Below are positions 28,226 to 39,749 of a stretch of 64,000 bases of DNA, one piece after another (position 1 is the stretch's first letter; each line of letters begins with the position of its first letter). The DNA comes from an uncultured Gemmatimonadaceae bacterium. Its GTDB lineage: Bacteria > Gemmatimonadota > Gemmatimonadetes > Gemmatimonadales > Gemmatimonadaceae. Made by a program: the position numbers and the translations under genes. Under the pieces are notes generated by a model. The model had not been told where the DNA came from. It was given only the letters and a program-made list of their open reading frames with translations, and ran no database searches. Location of the stretch: the NCBI GenBank assembly GCA_963790305.1, contig CAWBOC010000006.1, positions 352,001 to 416,000 on the forward strand. The letters run 5' to 3'.

Positions 28226-29129
28226 CTAGAACGAGCGGCGCCACCCGATAACGACGGTCTGCTCGCCTGACGAGTGGCCGGTGCTGAGGAGGAGGTCACC
28301 ACCGAACGGCCCAAGCGCTTGATCGGGAGCCCCGCTCGCGCGAGCGCGGGCCCGGCGCGCGATCACCCGGCCGAACGCGTGGCCCACCAGCATCCCGGTG
28401 AACGTGTCGGACAGCCAATGGCGCTGGTCCGCGATGCGGCCCAAGCCAACACCGATCGCCACCAGGTACAACACGGGCTCCGCGGGGCCGAGATCGAAGC
28501 GCTCGTTCCAGTACGTCACGCATCCCATGATGTTGCCGGCATGACCGCCGTAGAACGAATGCTTCCGCCACGGGCCAGCCCCGAGCTCGATTTCATACTG
28601 ATCGTTCGCCGTGAGTGGACGCTCTCGCGAGATGATGCGCGTACGACCCGTGATGCACGAGAATGTTCGCCTGTTGCGTGCTGGCGCACCCCATACCGGC
28701 ATCGCGCAGCGCTCGAGAGTCGAACGCGAAGCCCAGGAGGTATAGCACCCCGGACAGCGGCTGAAGGCGCTTCCCGCTCCCGAGATTGAAGAGCTCGGCA
28801 TTGTGCTCTTCGCGGAACACCTCGAGGCCGCGCATGAACGCCGACTGGGGGTGGCGCGCCATGAAGCGCTGGACGTCGTCGTCAATGATCAATGTGGCGC
28901 CGACGAAGGCCGCGCTGGCCGCAAACGTTGCCCAGTCGTTGCGGTCGGCGCGAATCGGGGACGCCCACACGTGCAGGATGTCGCGCACGCCATACTCGAA
29001 ATCGCGACCGATGCTTTTGAGCGTGCGCTGTGCGTCAGCCGCACTCGCTAGGCACACCGTGGCGCACACAACGGCGAGGACTCGCGCGATCAACGCTCGC
29101 ACACCGGTTCGCTCCGTGATGGATGTCAC
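28226..29129 (-). CDS. PAP2-family phosphatase (one frameshift near 28640)
   Basis: Signal peptide in the 29129 frame; RERP, SFYGGH, GRIADQRHWLSD in the downstream frame. Confidence 0.75.
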
Positions 29130-29186
29130 GGGGAACCCTCAAGCAAGACGTGCGCCGAGACTGCGTGCCCTTTCGCGCGACCAATT

Positions 29187-29966
29187 TCACGCCCGTATGC
29201 GCCGGCCCGCGCTGCGTTGAATCAACGCCGTTCCCACCGACGCGCGATTCGCAATCGTCGCGACGGCGCGCTCGAGATGGCGCAGCGGCCCCGTTCCTGG
29301 CCGTGGAGGGGACCACAGATACACCGGCAGTCGCGGGATGGCCATCGCATCTCCCGTCCACGCCGACGCCAGCGTAAAGCCCGCCTCGTACCCTGCCTCA
29401 CGCGCAAGTGCGTACTCGCGCGAAGCGCACGCACCGAACGGGTAGCTCACTGCCTGGGGCTCCGCGTCGAGCGCTCGACGGAGATCATCCCGCGACCGCC
29501 GAAGCTCCTCCGCTGCCCCCGCCTCGCTGACCCAGGTCAGCCGTGGATGCGTTACCGTGTGCGACGCGAACGTGATGCCCCGGGATTGCCAACGCCGCAT
29601 GTCGCGCCACGCGAGGTGCGGAAAACGACGGCCCCCGTACGCGACGTCCCATCGGTTGAGCCGGCCGGCGTATGCCGTGATGACGAAGCATGTCGCGGTG
29701 AAGCCGTGCGCCTCGAGCACGGGGAACGCGTGCTCGCGGAGCGAACGATAGGCATCGTCAAAGGTGATGGCGATCTCGTTCGGCGCGAGCATCCGTTGAC
29801 CGCGAGCGCACGAGGCGACTTCCTCGAGCGTCAGCGTGCGCCAGCCATCGGCCGCCAGCCGCTCGATCTGGCGGGCGAATCGTCGCGGCGAAATTCGTGT
29901 AACGCCCAGCTCGAGCCGCGGATCGACTTTGTGATAGCAAAGAATGCGCGGCACGCACGGTGTCAC
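29187..29966 (-). CDS. Polysaccharide deacetylase (CE4)
   Basis: ILCYHK, ITFDDAY, SHTVTH, SYPFG; GAGGAG RBS. Confidence 0.9.
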   Translation of the reverse strand: MTPCVPRILCYHKVDPRLELGVTRISPRRFARQIERLAADGWRTLTLEEVASCARGQRMLAPNEIAITFDDAYRSLREHAFPVLEAHGFTATCFVITAYAGRLNRWDVAYGGRRFPHLAWRDMRRWQSRGITFASHTVTHPRLTWVSEAGAAEELRRSRDDLRRALDAEPQAVSYPFGACASREYALAREAGYEAGFTLASAWTGDAMAIPRLPVYLWSPPRPGTGPLRHLERAVATIANRASVGTALIQRSAGRRIRA

Positions 29967-29991
29967 GGCACTGCGCTCCTCGAGACCGCGA

Positions 29992-31107
29992 TCAGGCGAT
30001 GGCCTTGTCGACGTCCACCGATTCGAGTCCAAAGGCCTCCGCCACCGCCGGGTACACGACCTTCCCATCGATCATGTTGAGTCCCTTTCGCAACGCGAGA
30101 TTGTCGCGCACGGCGTGCTTCCACCCCTTGTTCGCGAGCTGCAGCGCGTACGGGAGCGTCGCGTTGGTGAGCGCGAGCGTCGACGTTCGGGGCACCGCGC
30201 CCGGCATGTTGGCGACGCCATAGTGAATGACGCCATCAATGACGTACGTCGGGTTCTCGTGCGTGGTAGGCTTGATCGTCTCGACACACCCGCCCTGATC
30301 GACCGCGACATCCACGATTACGCTGCCCGGCTGCATCCTCTTGAGATCCTCGCGACGCACCAGCGAGGGAGCCTTCGCACCGGGAATCAACACGGCTCCG
30401 ACGACGAGGTCGGCGGTTTGAATTTGCTCCAGGATCGCAAAGCGGTTCGAGTGGAGAAGCGACACGTTGGCCGGCATGACGTCGGAGAGGTATCGCAGCC
30501 GCTCCAGTGAGATGTCGAGAATGACGACGTGCGCCCCCATGCCTGCCGCCATCTTCGCGGCGTTGATCCCGACGATGCCGCCGCCGAGGATGACCACACG
30601 CGCGGGCAGCACGCCGGGCACGCCGCCTAACAGGACTCCACGGCCCCCGTACAGCTTCTCGAGGTACTTGGCTCCTTCCTGCACCGCCATGCGTCCGGCC
30701 ACCTCCGACATTGGCGTCAGCAGCGGCAGCTCGCGCGATGGCAGCTCGACCGTTTCATAGGCGATGCACACCGCCCCGCTCTTGAGGTGGGCGCGCGTGA
30801 GCGCTTCGTCGGCCGCGAAGTGAAAGTAGGTGAAGATCGTTTGCCCGCGGCGCATGCGCGGCCACTCGGGCTCGATCGGCTCCTTCACCTTCATGATCAT
30901 GTCCGCATCGCGCCAAACGGCGTCAGCGTCGGGCGCAATGCGCGCTCCAGTCTTGGCATACAGCTCGTCGCTGAACCCGCTTCCTTCGCCAGCGCCCCGC
31001 TCGACGACCACCGAATGTCCCGCCGCAATGAGCGCCTCGGCACCTGCCGGTACCAGCGCGACCCGGTTCTCGTTGGTCTTGATCTCCTTCGGAACGCCGA
31101 TCTTCAT
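29992..31107 (-). CDS. ald: Alanine dehydrogenase
   Basis: [37 protein letters not shown]. Confidence 0.97.
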   Translation of the reverse strand: MKIGVPKEIKTNENRVALVPAGAEALIAAGHSVVVERGAGEGSGFSDELYAKTGARIAPDADAVWRDADMIMKVKEPIEPEWPRMRRGQTIFTYFHFAADEALTRAHLKSGAVCIAYETVELPSRELPLLTPMSEVAGRMAVQEGAKYLEKLYGGRGVLLGGVPGVLPARVVILGGGIVGINAAKMAAGMGAHVVILDISLERLRYLSDVMPANVSLLHSNRFAILEQIQTADLVVGAVLIPGAKAPSLVRREDLKRMQPGSVIVDVAVDQGGCVETIKPTTHENPTYVIDGVIHYGVANMPGAVPRTSTLALTNATLPYALQLANKGWKHAVRDNLALRKGLNMIDGKVVYPAVAEAFGLESVDVDKAIA

Positions 31108-31140
31108 ACGTGTCGGATGGAGTAGAAGGGTGAACGACGA

Positions 31141-32409
31141 CTATTGAATCGCTTTTGGTCCGAGGCTCACCACCGTCTGAGCTTCGGGGGAGAAATAATC
31201 CCCGCAGACGGTGCGCACCTGCTCGTCGGTGATCGCGTCGATCTCCGCCAGCAGCTGGTCCAGCGTCCGATACGGCTCGCCGTAGAGATCGACGCCCGCG
31301 GCACGATACATCCGCGACGACACACTCTCCAGAGAGAGCGTGCTTTGTCCTTTGAGCTGGCTCTTCCCCGACTCGACCTCGGCCGGCGTCAGACCGTCGG
31401 CCGCCACCCGGGAGAGCTCTTCGCGAATGGCTTGCGCCGCGTCGCTAGCCGTCTCGGGGGCCGTTCCGACGTAGACGCCATGGACGCCGGTATCGGCGTG
31501 AAACGACTGGAAGGTGTACACCGAATAGGCGAGGCCGAGCTCCTCGCGCACGCGCTGAAACAGCCGTGAGCTCATCCCAGCGCCCAGCACCGTGCTCACG
31601 AGCACAGCGGCATACCGCAGCGGATGACCATGGGGCATCATCGGCGACCCATAGACGATGTGCGTCTGCGCGGCCTCCTTCGCTACGTGCCGATAGCTGG
31701 GCGAGGCCGCCACGGGCGCTGGAGCGGAGAGCGGAGTGGCATCGCCGCGAGGTACGGCTCCCCAGCCGGTGCGCTCGAGCGTCTCGAGGAGACGGTCGTG
31801 CTGCACGTTGCCCGCCGCTGCGAGGATCAGCTGCGGCGGGTGATATGCCCGCTCGTGAAGCTCCCGCAGCTCGCGCACGCCGAGCGCCGACACGGTGTCC
31901 CGCGTCCCGAGGATCGAGTAGCCGTAGGGGTGCTGACCCCACAGCGCCTCGTTATGCAGCTCGAACACGAGATCGTCGGGGGTGTCCTCGACCATGCTGA
32001 TTTCCTCCAGCACCACCCGCCGCTCGAGCTTGAGGTCTTCGGCGCGCAAGAGCGGGCGAAACATCAGGTCGGCAATGACGTCCGCCGCATGTTCGAGGTG
32101 CTCGTCCAGCACCCGGGCCTGGTAGGAGGTGTGTTCGCGCGCGGTGTACGCGTCAAGCGCCCCACCGAGGGTCTCGAGCGACAGGGCAATGTCCTTGGCG
32201 CTGCGCGTGGGCGTGCCCTTGAACACCATGTGCTCGAGGAGATGTGACACCCCCATGCGATCACGCGGCTCGTGGACCGAGGCCGCGCGGACCCAGGCGC
32301 CGAATGCGATCGACCGTACTCCCGGCATGTGCTCGGAGAGTACGGTCAACCCGTTAGGCAGGACCGTCCGGTGAAGCGCGCCCTCCGCGTCGAAGGGCTC
32401 GCGGCTCAC
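31141..32409 (-). CDS. M16 (pitrilysin-family) zinc peptidase
   Basis: HLLEHMVFKGT inverted zinc motif; SSRLFQRVREELGLAYSV. Confidence 0.95.
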   Translation of the reverse strand: MSREPFDAEGALHRTVLPNGLTVLSEHMPGVRSIAFGAWVRAASVHEPRDRMGVSHLLEHMVFKGTPTRSAKDIALSLETLGGALDAYTAREHTSYQARVLDEHLEHAADVIADLMFRPLLRAEDLKLERRVVLEEISMVEDTPDDLVFELHNEALWGQHPYGYSILGTRDTVSALGVRELRELHERAYHPPQLILAAAGNVQHDRLLETLERTGWGAVPRGDATPLSAPAPVAASPSYRHVAKEAAQTHIVYGSPMMPHGHPLRYAAVLVSTVLGAGMSSRLFQRVREELGLAYSVYTFQSFHADTGVHGVYVGTAPETASDAAQAIREELSRVAADGLTPAEVESGKSQLKGQSTLSLESVSSRMYRAAGVDLYGEPYRTLDQLLAEIDAITDEQVRTVCGDYFSPEAQTVVSLGPKAIQ

Positions 32410-34715
32410 CGCCGCGTGCGGCCGCGCGACGAGCGCCGCGGACCGCGCTCGGCCGGTTCGACACCGGGGCTTCCGTCGCCCTCCGGCTCGCCTTCACCGC
32501 CACGCGCCGCGCGCGGCTCGGCCGCCTCACGGCGATGCTCATCGGTCCGACGCGGACGCTCCCCTCCTCGCTCGCCACCGCCCCCCCGGCCGCCACGTCC
32601 GCCACCGTTCCCTTCGTCCTCGGCCACGCCTTCCGGCTTGGGCAACAAGGCCTTCATCGAAAGCCGGAGACGTCCGCGCTCATCACGATCGAGGAGCTTC
32701 ACCTTCACGCGATCGCCCTTCTTGACGACGTCTTCCGTCTTCTCCGTGCGGCCGTGCTTGAGCTCCGAGATGTGCACGAGCCCCTCGGTGCCTGGCATGA
32801 TCTCGACGAAGGCGCCGAAGGCGGTCGTGCTCTTCACGGTGCCTTCGTAGATCTCGCCGATCACTGGCTCCGCCGTGAGCGCCTTGATCATCGCCTTGGC
32901 GCGCTCGAGTGCCTCCCCACCAACGGCCGCGATCGTGACGCGCCCCGTATCATCGACGGTGATCTCCGCGCCCGTCTCCTCTTGAATGCCGCGGATCGTC
33001 TTCCCCTTCGGTCCAATGAGGTCGCCGATCTTCTCGGGGCTGATCTGTACGGTGACGATGCGCGGAGCGTACGGCGAGAGATCCGCGCGCGGCTCCGGCA
33101 GCGCCTTGCTCATCTCGCGAAGGATGTGCAGTCGCCCGTCCTTCGCCTGCGCCAGCGCTTCGCGCATGATCTTGAGGTCGAGCCCCTCGACCTTGATGTC
33201 CATCTGGATCGAGGTAATGCCGTTCTCGGTCCCGGCGACCTTGAAGTCCATGTCGCCGAGGTGATCCTCCGTGCCCAGGATATCGGTGAGGATCGCGTAC
33301 TTGCCGCCTTCCGTAATGAGACCCATCGCGACGCCGGCGCATGCACCACGCATGGGGACGCCGGCATCGAACAGCGCCAGCGAGCCACCGCATACGGACG
33401 CCATGGACGAGGAGCCATTCGACTCGAGGATGTCCGACACGATGCGAATCGTGTACGGGAATTCCTCGTACGCTGGCAGGAGCGCCTGCAGTGCCCGCTC
33501 GGCGAGGTTGCCGTGGCCGATCTCGCGGCGGCTCGTGCCGCGGACGGGGCGAACCTCGCCGGTGGAGAACGGCGGGAAGTTGTAATGCAGCATGAACGAC
33601 TTGGTGGACTCGTCAGGCATGTCGATCGAGTCGAGCCGCTGGACGTCCTGCTCGGTACCGAGCGTCGCCGCCACGAGCGCTTGCGTCTGGCCGCGCGTGA
33701 AGAGCGCGGAGCCGTGCGCGCGTGGAAGGATCGGGGCCTGGACCGTGATCGGACGGACCTCGGTCGGCTTGCGACCATCGACCCGTTCGCCGCGCTCGAT
33801 CACCTGCGAGCGGAGCTGGTGGTACTCAACCTCGCCGACCAGATCGGCGACGTCCTTCGTGTTGTCCGGGAAATCGGCGGTGAGCAGCTCGATGACCTGG
33901 CGCTTCACCATCTCGACGGCGTCGACGCGGGCATGCTTCTCCGGCGTGTTGATCGCCTCGCCGATCTTGCCCTGCGCGAGCTCCTTCACGCGCGCCACCA
34001 GATTCTCCGGGTGCGTCACCTTCGTCCACTTCATCTTCTCGACGCGCGTGTTCTTCAGCAGCTCTTCCTGAATCCCGATCAGCTCACGGATGCCTTTCTG
34101 CGCAATCGTGAGCCCCTCGATGACGTCTTCCTCGCTGACCTCGAGCGCGCCACCCTCGACCATCACGATCGAGTCGCGCGATCCGGCGATCACCATGTCG
34201 ATGTCGCTGAACTCGAGCTGCTGGAACGTCGGGTTGATCACCCACTTGTCCTGCAGGCGGCCGAGGCGGACGCCGGCAATCGGGCTGAGGAACGGGATGC
34301 GGGAGGCATTCAGCGCGAACGACACCGCCATCAGGGCCAGGACATCGGCGTCGTTCTCCTGATCGGCGGAGATGACGTAGACGAAGACCTGTACCTCGTT
34401 CTTGAACCCTTCGGGGAAGAGCGGGCGGATCGAGCGATCGATGATGCGCGCCGAGAGGATTTCCTCATCGTGCGGGCGCCCCTCGCGCTTGATGAATCCC
34501 CCCGGAATCTTGCCCGCCGCGTATGACTTCTCCTTGTACTCGACCGTCAAAGGGAAGAACGGAAGCGGGCTCAGGTTCTCGCTGACGGTGACGGCCGCGA
34601 GGACCATGGTATCGCCGTACTGGACGACCGCCGACCCTGCGGCCTGCTTGGCCATGCGTCCGGTCTCGATCGTGAGCTTGCGTCCGGCGAAGACGCGTTC
34701 AATGCGTTGCATCAT
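32406..34715 (-). CDS. pnp: Polyribonucleotide nucleotidyltransferase (PNPase)
   Basis: FFPLTVEY, SRREIGHG, SNGSSSMAS, GDMDFKVAG; KH and S1 domains. Confidence 0.98.
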   Translation of the reverse strand: MMQRIERVFAGRKLTIETGRMAKQAAGSAVVQYGDTMVLAAVTVSENLSPLPFFPLTVEYKEKSYAAGKIPGGFIKREGRPHDEEILSARIIDRSIRPLFPEGFKNEVQVFVYVISADQENDADVLALMAVSFALNASRIPFLSPIAGVRLGRLQDKWVINPTFQQLEFSDIDMVIAGSRDSIVMVEGGALEVSEEDVIEGLTIAQKGIRELIGIQEELLKNTRVEKMKWTKVTHPENLVARVKELAQGKIGEAINTPEKHARVDAVEMVKRQVIELLTADFPDNTKDVADLVGEVEYHQLRSQVIERGERVDGRKPTEVRPITVQAPILPRAHGSALFTRGQTQALVAATLGTEQDVQRLDSIDMPDESTKSFMLHYNFPPFSTGEVRPVRGTSRREIGHGNLAERALQALLPAYEEFPYTIRIVSDILESNGSSSMASVCGGSLALFDAGVPMRGACAGVAMGLITEGGKYAILTDILGTEDHLGDMDFKVAGTENGITSIQMDIKVEGLDLKIMREALAQAKDGRLHILREMSKALPEPRADLSPYAPRIVTVQISPEKIGDLIGPKGKTIRGIQEETGAEITVDDTGRVTIAAVGGEALERAKAMIKALTAEPVIGEIYEGTVKSTTAFGAFVEIMPGTEGLVHISELKHGRTEKTEDVVKKGDRVKVKLLDRDERGRLRLSMKALLPKPEGVAEDEGNGGGRGGRGGGGERGGERPRRTDEHRREAAEPRAARGGEGEPEGDGSPGVEPAERGPRRSSRGRTRR

Positions 34716-34734
34716 GAATGGATCAGGTAGGAGA

Positions 34735-34774
34735 AAACACAAAACGCGCGGGGGCCATGTTGGGCGCCCGCGCG
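34735..34774 (-). terminator. Intrinsic terminator between rpsO and pnp
   Basis: cgcgcggg/cccgcgcg stem followed by TTTTGTGTTT on the minus strand. Confidence 0.6.
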
Positions 34775-34793
34775 AATGTGAAAGACCGCGAAA

Positions 34794-35054
34794 TTAGTGC
34801 CGGAGACCAAGATCCTGAATGAGCTGCCGATAGGTCTCCAGTTCGGTCCGCTTCATGTACTCCAGAAGCCGGCGTCGCTTGCCGACCATCTTCAGCAGAC
34901 CCTGCCGCGAGTGGTGGTCCTTCTGATGAGTACGGAAGTGGTCCGTGAGGTAGTTGATGCGCTCGGTGAGCAGAGCAACCTGCACCTTGGAGGATCCGGT
35001 GTCCGAGGCGTGGGCCTTGTATTTCTGGATCGTCGATGCTTTTTCGAAAGCCAT
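34794..35054 (-). CDS. rpsO: 30S ribosomal protein S15
   Basis: [33 protein letters not shown]. Confidence 0.98.
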   Translation of the reverse strand: MAFEKASTIQKYKAHASDTGSSKVQVALLTERINYLTDHFRTHQKDHHSRQGLLKMVGKRRRLLEYMKRTELETYRQLIQDLGLRH

Positions 35055-35111
35055 GCTATATATTCTCCGATACCACCAGGCGCTGAGCGCCGGAATTCGT
35101 TGAAGCAGAGT

Positions 35112-35140
35112 AATTTACCCGTCGCTCACCCCCTTGTAAA
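35112..35140 (-). promoter_or_regulatory. Sigma70-type promoter of rpsO
   Basis: TTTACA-17-TAAATT. Confidence 0.6.
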
Positions 35141-35151
35141 GGCACCCTGCA

Positions 35152-36723
35152 TTGCCTGAGCGCTATATCGGCCGCTACCTGGGCCGTTTCCGCATTGACG
35201 CGCTCGTCGGGTCTGGCGGATTCGCCTGGGTCTACAAGGGATACGACCCTGAGCTCGACGTTCCGGTCGCGCTCAAGGTCTTGAAGCCGCAGTTCGCCGG
35301 CGACGAGATGTTCGAGACTCGCTTCCGGCGCGAGGCCTCCACAGCGGCCAAGCTGCGTCACCCGAACATCATCAAGATCCTGGCGGTCGGCCGCGAGGGC
35401 GAGGCGGTCTATTTCGTCATGGACTACCTGTCGCAGGGCCTGGTCGACCGGCTGCGTGTGATGGGGACTCTGCCCGAGCACATGCTGGTCCGGGTTGGCT
35501 TCGACGTCGCCAGCGCCCTGGGATTCGCCCACCGCCAGGGCGTCATCCACCGCGACGTGAAGGTCGACAACATCATGTTCGATGACCACGGAAACGCCGT
35601 CGTCACCGACTTCGGTATCGCTCGCGCCGTCAGCAAGTACGCCGAGCAGACCGGTACCAACATGGTCGTGGGGACGCCGCAGTATTTCTCGCCCGAGCAG
35701 GCGCGCGGTCTCCCGCTCGATGGTCGCGCGGACCTCTACTCGCTTGGCGTCACGCTCTTCAAGTCGGCTACCGGCGTGCTGCCGTTCCAGGGCGACGACT
35801 GGTACGAGATCGCCCGCCAGCACGTCGAGGACGAGCCCCCGCGCCCGCGCGATCTCAACCCGTCGCTGTCCAAGGGCCTCGAGCGCATCATCCTCCGATG
35901 CCTCGAGAAAGAGCCTGACGAGCGCTTCGCCAACGGCGAAGCGTTGTGCACGGAGCTGTCGCACCTGCTGCCGGATCGCGGTGAGGTGACGTCGGCCCGG
36001 ACGCTGATGATTCCCGCGACCGACACGCTGGAGCGGACCACCGGCCGTCACCCGATACGTCGTGCGGTACGTCGGATTCGACGCAGAGGGGTCGTGCTCG
36101 CGGCCGTCGGCGCTGTCGCGGCTGTGGGCGTCCTCTCAGCGACCCTCCGCTCTCGGCGATCCGACTCGGAGGCTGTCGCCGCACCGTTCACCGTCAACAA
36201 TAGCCCGCCACCGGATTCAGCGCCCCGCGGTGCCGTCGCGCCGCCACCGCGTCCCGTGGTCGAGATCGTCGCGCCGGGCGAGGCAACGGTGTCGGTAAAT
36301 GGAATGGATGTTGGACGGGGACGCTGGCGCGCCGACACGCTCAAGCCCGGCCAATACGTGCTCGCGGCGAGCGTGCGGTCCCTCACCCGCTGCGCGAGCG
36401 CGCGCCACGTCGATACGATCTACCTGCGCGAGACGGGCGACACCAGCGTTACGCTTCGGCCGCGGCCCTGCGGCTTCCTGGCCGTCGCCTCCACGCCGGA
36501 GGTCGCCGAGTTCTCGGTGATGACGGCCAACGGGTCGAGCGTAAAGACCGGGTTTCTTCCCGATCCCGACTCGCTACTGCTTCCCGTCGGCCAATACAAG
36601 CTTCGCGTGCGCGCGCGGTATTGCTCTACCTTCGAGGACTCCGTCCGCATCGAGTCGGGCAAGACGAACCGGCAGCAGATTCCAATGATTTGCGTGGATT
36701 CGACGCAGGCCAAGACGGGATAG
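35152..36723 (+). CDS. Hanks-type Ser/Thr protein kinase with a TM helix and PEGA-like extracellular region
   Basis: GSGGFAWV, ALKVLK, HRDVKVDN, TDFGIA, GTPQYFSPEQ. Confidence 0.93.
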   Translation: MPERYIGRYLGRFRIDALVGSGGFAWVYKGYDPELDVPVALKVLKPQFAGDEMFETRFRREASTAAKLRHPNIIKILAVGREGEAVYFVMDYLSQGLVDRLRVMGTLPEHMLVRVGFDVASALGFAHRQGVIHRDVKVDNIMFDDHGNAVVTDFGIARAVSKYAEQTGTNMVVGTPQYFSPEQARGLPLDGRADLYSLGVTLFKSATGVLPFQGDDWYEIARQHVEDEPPRPRDLNPSLSKGLERIILRCLEKEPDERFANGEALCTELSHLLPDRGEVTSARTLMIPATDTLERTTGRHPIRRAVRRIRRRGVVLAAVGAVAAVGVLSATLRSRRSDSEAVAAPFTVNNSPPPDSAPRGAVAPPPRPVVEIVAPGEATVSVNGMDVGRGRWRADTLKPGQYVLAASVRSLTRCASARHVDTIYLRETGDTSVTLRPRPCGFLAVASTPEVAEFSVMTANGSSVKTGFLPDPDSLLLPVGQYKLRVRARYCSTFEDSVRIESGKTNRQQIPMICVDSTQAKTG

Positions 36724-36726
36724 CAC

Positions 36727-37146
36727 CTAACGACCAGCGGCCCCCAGCCCGAACCCCGCCGCAACTCCGAACAGCACCCCGAGCCAGAACGACCGCCGCC
36801 TGTGCCATGGCGGCGCCGGGGGCGGCGGCTGGTCCAGGAGCGCGACGTGGTCGGTCGTGACCCGCGTCGTCATGCCGGTAATCAGCCCCATCGCGTTCGC
36901 GGAGTCGGCAGCAATGATCTGAAAGCGCGCGATCAGCACGTCGCGCTGCCGCGGATCGACGACGATCCCGTACTGGCCGGGACGCACCCAGGGATGCCTC
37001 CCGACCACGAGTGTGAACGTGCTGTCGCCCGCGCTGGCGATCTCGAACCGTGCCGAGGTCTCCTGCGCGCGCCCCTCGTCAGGCGCGGCGGACGCGACCG
37101 CGGCCAGGAGAAGCGCGGTGCGCACCCATCGCACTAGCGAATCCAT
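36727..37146 (-). CDS. Hypothetical exported protein with a C-terminal membrane anchor
   Basis: Signal peptide, Pro linker, C-terminal hydrophobic helix; overlaps the rseP stop. Confidence 0.7.
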   Translation of the reverse strand: MDSLVRWVRTALLLAAVASAAPDEGRAQETSARFEIASAGDSTFTLVVGRHPWVRPGQYGIVVDPRQRDVLIARFQIIAADSANAMGLITGMTTRVTTDHVALLDQPPPPAPPWHRRRSFWLGVLFGVAAGFGLGAAGR

Positions 37147-38621
37147 CGCGCGAGATCACCAGCGACACGACGAAGGTCGTTGAACATCGCCAGGGCGAAA
37201 ATGAGCGCGATCATTGCCAGCCCGAAGCGCATCATGTACTCGCGCGAACGCAGACTGAACGGCGATCCCTTGACCGCCTGCAAGAGGTTGATGAGGATCT
37301 GCCCGCCATCGAGAATGGGAATGGGAAGCAGGTTGAAGATGGCGACGTTGATGCTCAGGAACGCCGTCAGCTGAAGCAGCTGCGCGAATCCACCGGCGGC
37401 AGCCTCGCCGGACGCTCGTGCAATAGCGATCGGTCCACCCAGCTGATCGGTCGACAGGCGCCGGGTCACGAGACGATGGAGAACGTCGACGACCGAGCCC
37501 GCCATGTCCCACGTCGCTTCCCATCCCGACCCAATCGCCTCGCCCAGAGAGACCGGCTCACGTCGATTCTCGACACGATTGCCGACCCCAATCCGTCCGG
37601 TCAGGACCTCTCGGCCGTTGTCGTCGCGCTGACGAGCCGAGTCGGGAACCACCGTGACCGTGACGCGCTCCCCTCCCCGCATCACCTCGACCGGGAGTGG
37701 TCGGCCCGGCGACTGCCGAATCTGCTCGACGGCGGCGGACCAGCCGTCCACGGACTGCCCCCCAACGGCGACGAGGCTGTCTCCTGCACGTATGCCGGCC
37801 CGCGCCGCCGGTGAGCCTGCCTCCACGCGGTCGATCACCGCTGGAAGCTGCGGCGTCAGCATTGTGACGAGGTCGCGCCGCGCGACGGCGCTGTCACCAT
37901 CGAGGGGCAGCGCGACAATCCCCCGCGACGTGCGGATCACCGCCGAGTCCCCGTCCGCGCGCGCGAGACCCTCGAGAATGTCCCCCCACGTCTCGATCGC
38001 ACGATCGTCGACCGCTATGACCGTATCCCCACGCTGGAACCGGCTGGCGTAGGGACGTGCCCAGTCGGCGTCGGTCACCGCACCGATTACGCGAGTGGGA
38101 ATGATCGGGCGGCCATAGTATGCCGCGAGCGCACTGAGCACGAGGAAGCCCAGCACAATGTTCATGCTGACGCCCGCGACCATGATGAAGAGTCGCGCCA
38201 GAAGGCTCTTCGATTCGAAGAGACGATGCTCCGGCACCGGGATCGGCCCAAAGGGAGCGAGCGCGTTTGGATCCCAGTCGGCGGGGCGCTTCTCCTCCTC
38301 GATCACCCGTGCTCCGCTCCCGCCCACCGTCTCGGGAGCGACCGCGGGTTTCTCACCGCCCCCTTCGAGCGCCGCCATGGTCTCGTCTTCCTTCGAGGCC
38401 ATGCGAACGTACCCGCCTAACGGGATCGCGGCGAGGATGTATTCCGTCTCGCCCCAGCGCCGGCGCCACAGCGCTTTCCCGAACCCGATCGAGAATCGCG
38501 GCGCGTACACGCCCGTCAGCTTCGCGGCGATGAAGTGGCCGAGCTCGTGGACGAAGACGACGACCCCGAGCACGAACACGAACGCCAGGATTGTCCGGAA
38601 TGGATCGAACCAGTCTAGCAT
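37134..38621 (-). CDS. rseP: RIP metalloprotease RseP
   Basis: HELGH, PDZ domains, NLLPIPILDGG. Confidence 0.96.
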   Translation of the reverse strand: MLDWFDPFRTILAFVFVLGVVVFVHELGHFIAAKLTGVYAPRFSIGFGKALWRRRWGETEYILAAIPLGGYVRMASKEDETMAALEGGGEKPAVAPETVGGSGARVIEEEKRPADWDPNALAPFGPIPVPEHRLFESKSLLARLFIMVAGVSMNIVLGFLVLSALAAYYGRPIIPTRVIGAVTDADWARPYASRFQRGDTVIAVDDRAIETWGDILEGLARADGDSAVIRTSRGIVALPLDGDSAVARRDLVTMLTPQLPAVIDRVEAGSPAARAGIRAGDSLVAVGGQSVDGWSAAVEQIRQSPGRPLPVEVMRGGERVTVTVVPDSARQRDDNGREVLTGRIGVGNRVENRREPVSLGEAIGSGWEATWDMAGSVVDVLHRLVTRRLSTDQLGGPIAIARASGEAAAGGFAQLLQLTAFLSINVAIFNLLPIPILDGGQILINLLQAVKGSPFSLRSREYMMRFGLAMIALIFALAMFNDLRRVAGDLARWIR

Positions 38622-39749
38622 GCGAACAGCTCTCTCACGTGACGTCGTGCAGCCGCATCGGCCTCCAGCAACGCGTCGCGAGAGTGCGACGCCGCCGTCC
38701 CTTCTGCCGCGAGCGCCGACTCGATCGCGCGCGGTATCTCTCCGAACTGTATACGTCCCTCCAGGAACAGCGACACTGCCTGCTCGTTGGCGGCATTGAA
38801 GACCGCTGGCGCTGCCCCGCCCGCTCGACCCGCCTGCACACCCATTCGAAGCGCCGGGAAATCCTCGTGCCGCACCCGCTCGAACGTGAGCGGCGAGAGC
38901 TCCACCGGATCGAACGGTGGTACACCGGTATCGGCGATTCGTCCCGGATGCGTCAAGGCGTAGAGCACCGGGAGCTCCATACTCGGAACCCCGAGCTGCG
39001 CCAGAACGCTCCCATCGACGAACTCCACGAACGAGTGCACTACACTCTGCGGATGTACCACCACCTCGATCCGATCATACGGGAGCCCAAACAGGAAGTG
39101 TGCCTCGATCACCTCGAGCGCCTTGTTGGCCAACGTCGCGCTATCAATGGTGATCTTCCGCCCCATGCGCCACGTCGGGTGGCGCAGCGCATCGGCCACT
39201 GTCGCGCGCTCGAGACGCTCGCGCGACCACCCGCGAAACGGACCGCCCGATGCCGTCAGCACCAGACGGCGAACGTCCGTACCAACGCGCCCGGTGAGAC
39301 ATTGCAAGAATGGCACTGTGCTCGCTGTCGACGGGGACGATTTCTCCCCCACCCCGCTGACAGGCGTCGGCAACGAGCGCACCAGCCATGACCAGCGTCT
39401 CCTTGTTCGCCAACGCCACACGCTTCCCGGCGGATAACGCCGCCAACGTCGCATCCAGCCCCGCCGCTCCGACCACGGCATTCAGCACGATCGAGGCGTC
39501 CTCGTGCATGGCCGCCTCGACGAGGCAGGACGGGCCATGACGCCATTCACGATGGTCCTCGGCGCCGTTCTGTACGATGCCCACGAACGATGGTCCAAAC
39601 TCGCGGGCCTGCTCCTGCAGCAGCGCCGCGTTGGAATGGGCCGTGAGCGCGGCGACGTAAAACGCGTCGGCGTGTCGGCCGAGGACGCGAAGCGCCGTCG
39701 TGCCGATCGAGCCAGTCGACCCAAGGACGGCCACGCCGCGGCGTGTCAC
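38615..39749 (-). CDS. dxr: 1-deoxy-D-xylulose-5-phosphate reductoisomerase (frameshift near 39306)
   Basis: LGSTGSIG, LANKE, PVDSEHSAI in one frame; LQC...TASGGPF, HPTWRMGRKITIDSA in the next. Confidence 0.93.

Noticed and set aside
32535..34526. Long antisense ORFs (663 aa opposite pnp; also opposite proS, pccB-like, rpsA and others)
   Set aside because: Shadow ORFs expected from high-GC codon bias; the opposite strand carries recognisable conserved genes.
39290..39320. Programmed frameshift or true pseudogene in dxr
   Set aside because: No slippery sequence is visible, and similar single indels occur in unrelated genes, so sequencing error is more likely.
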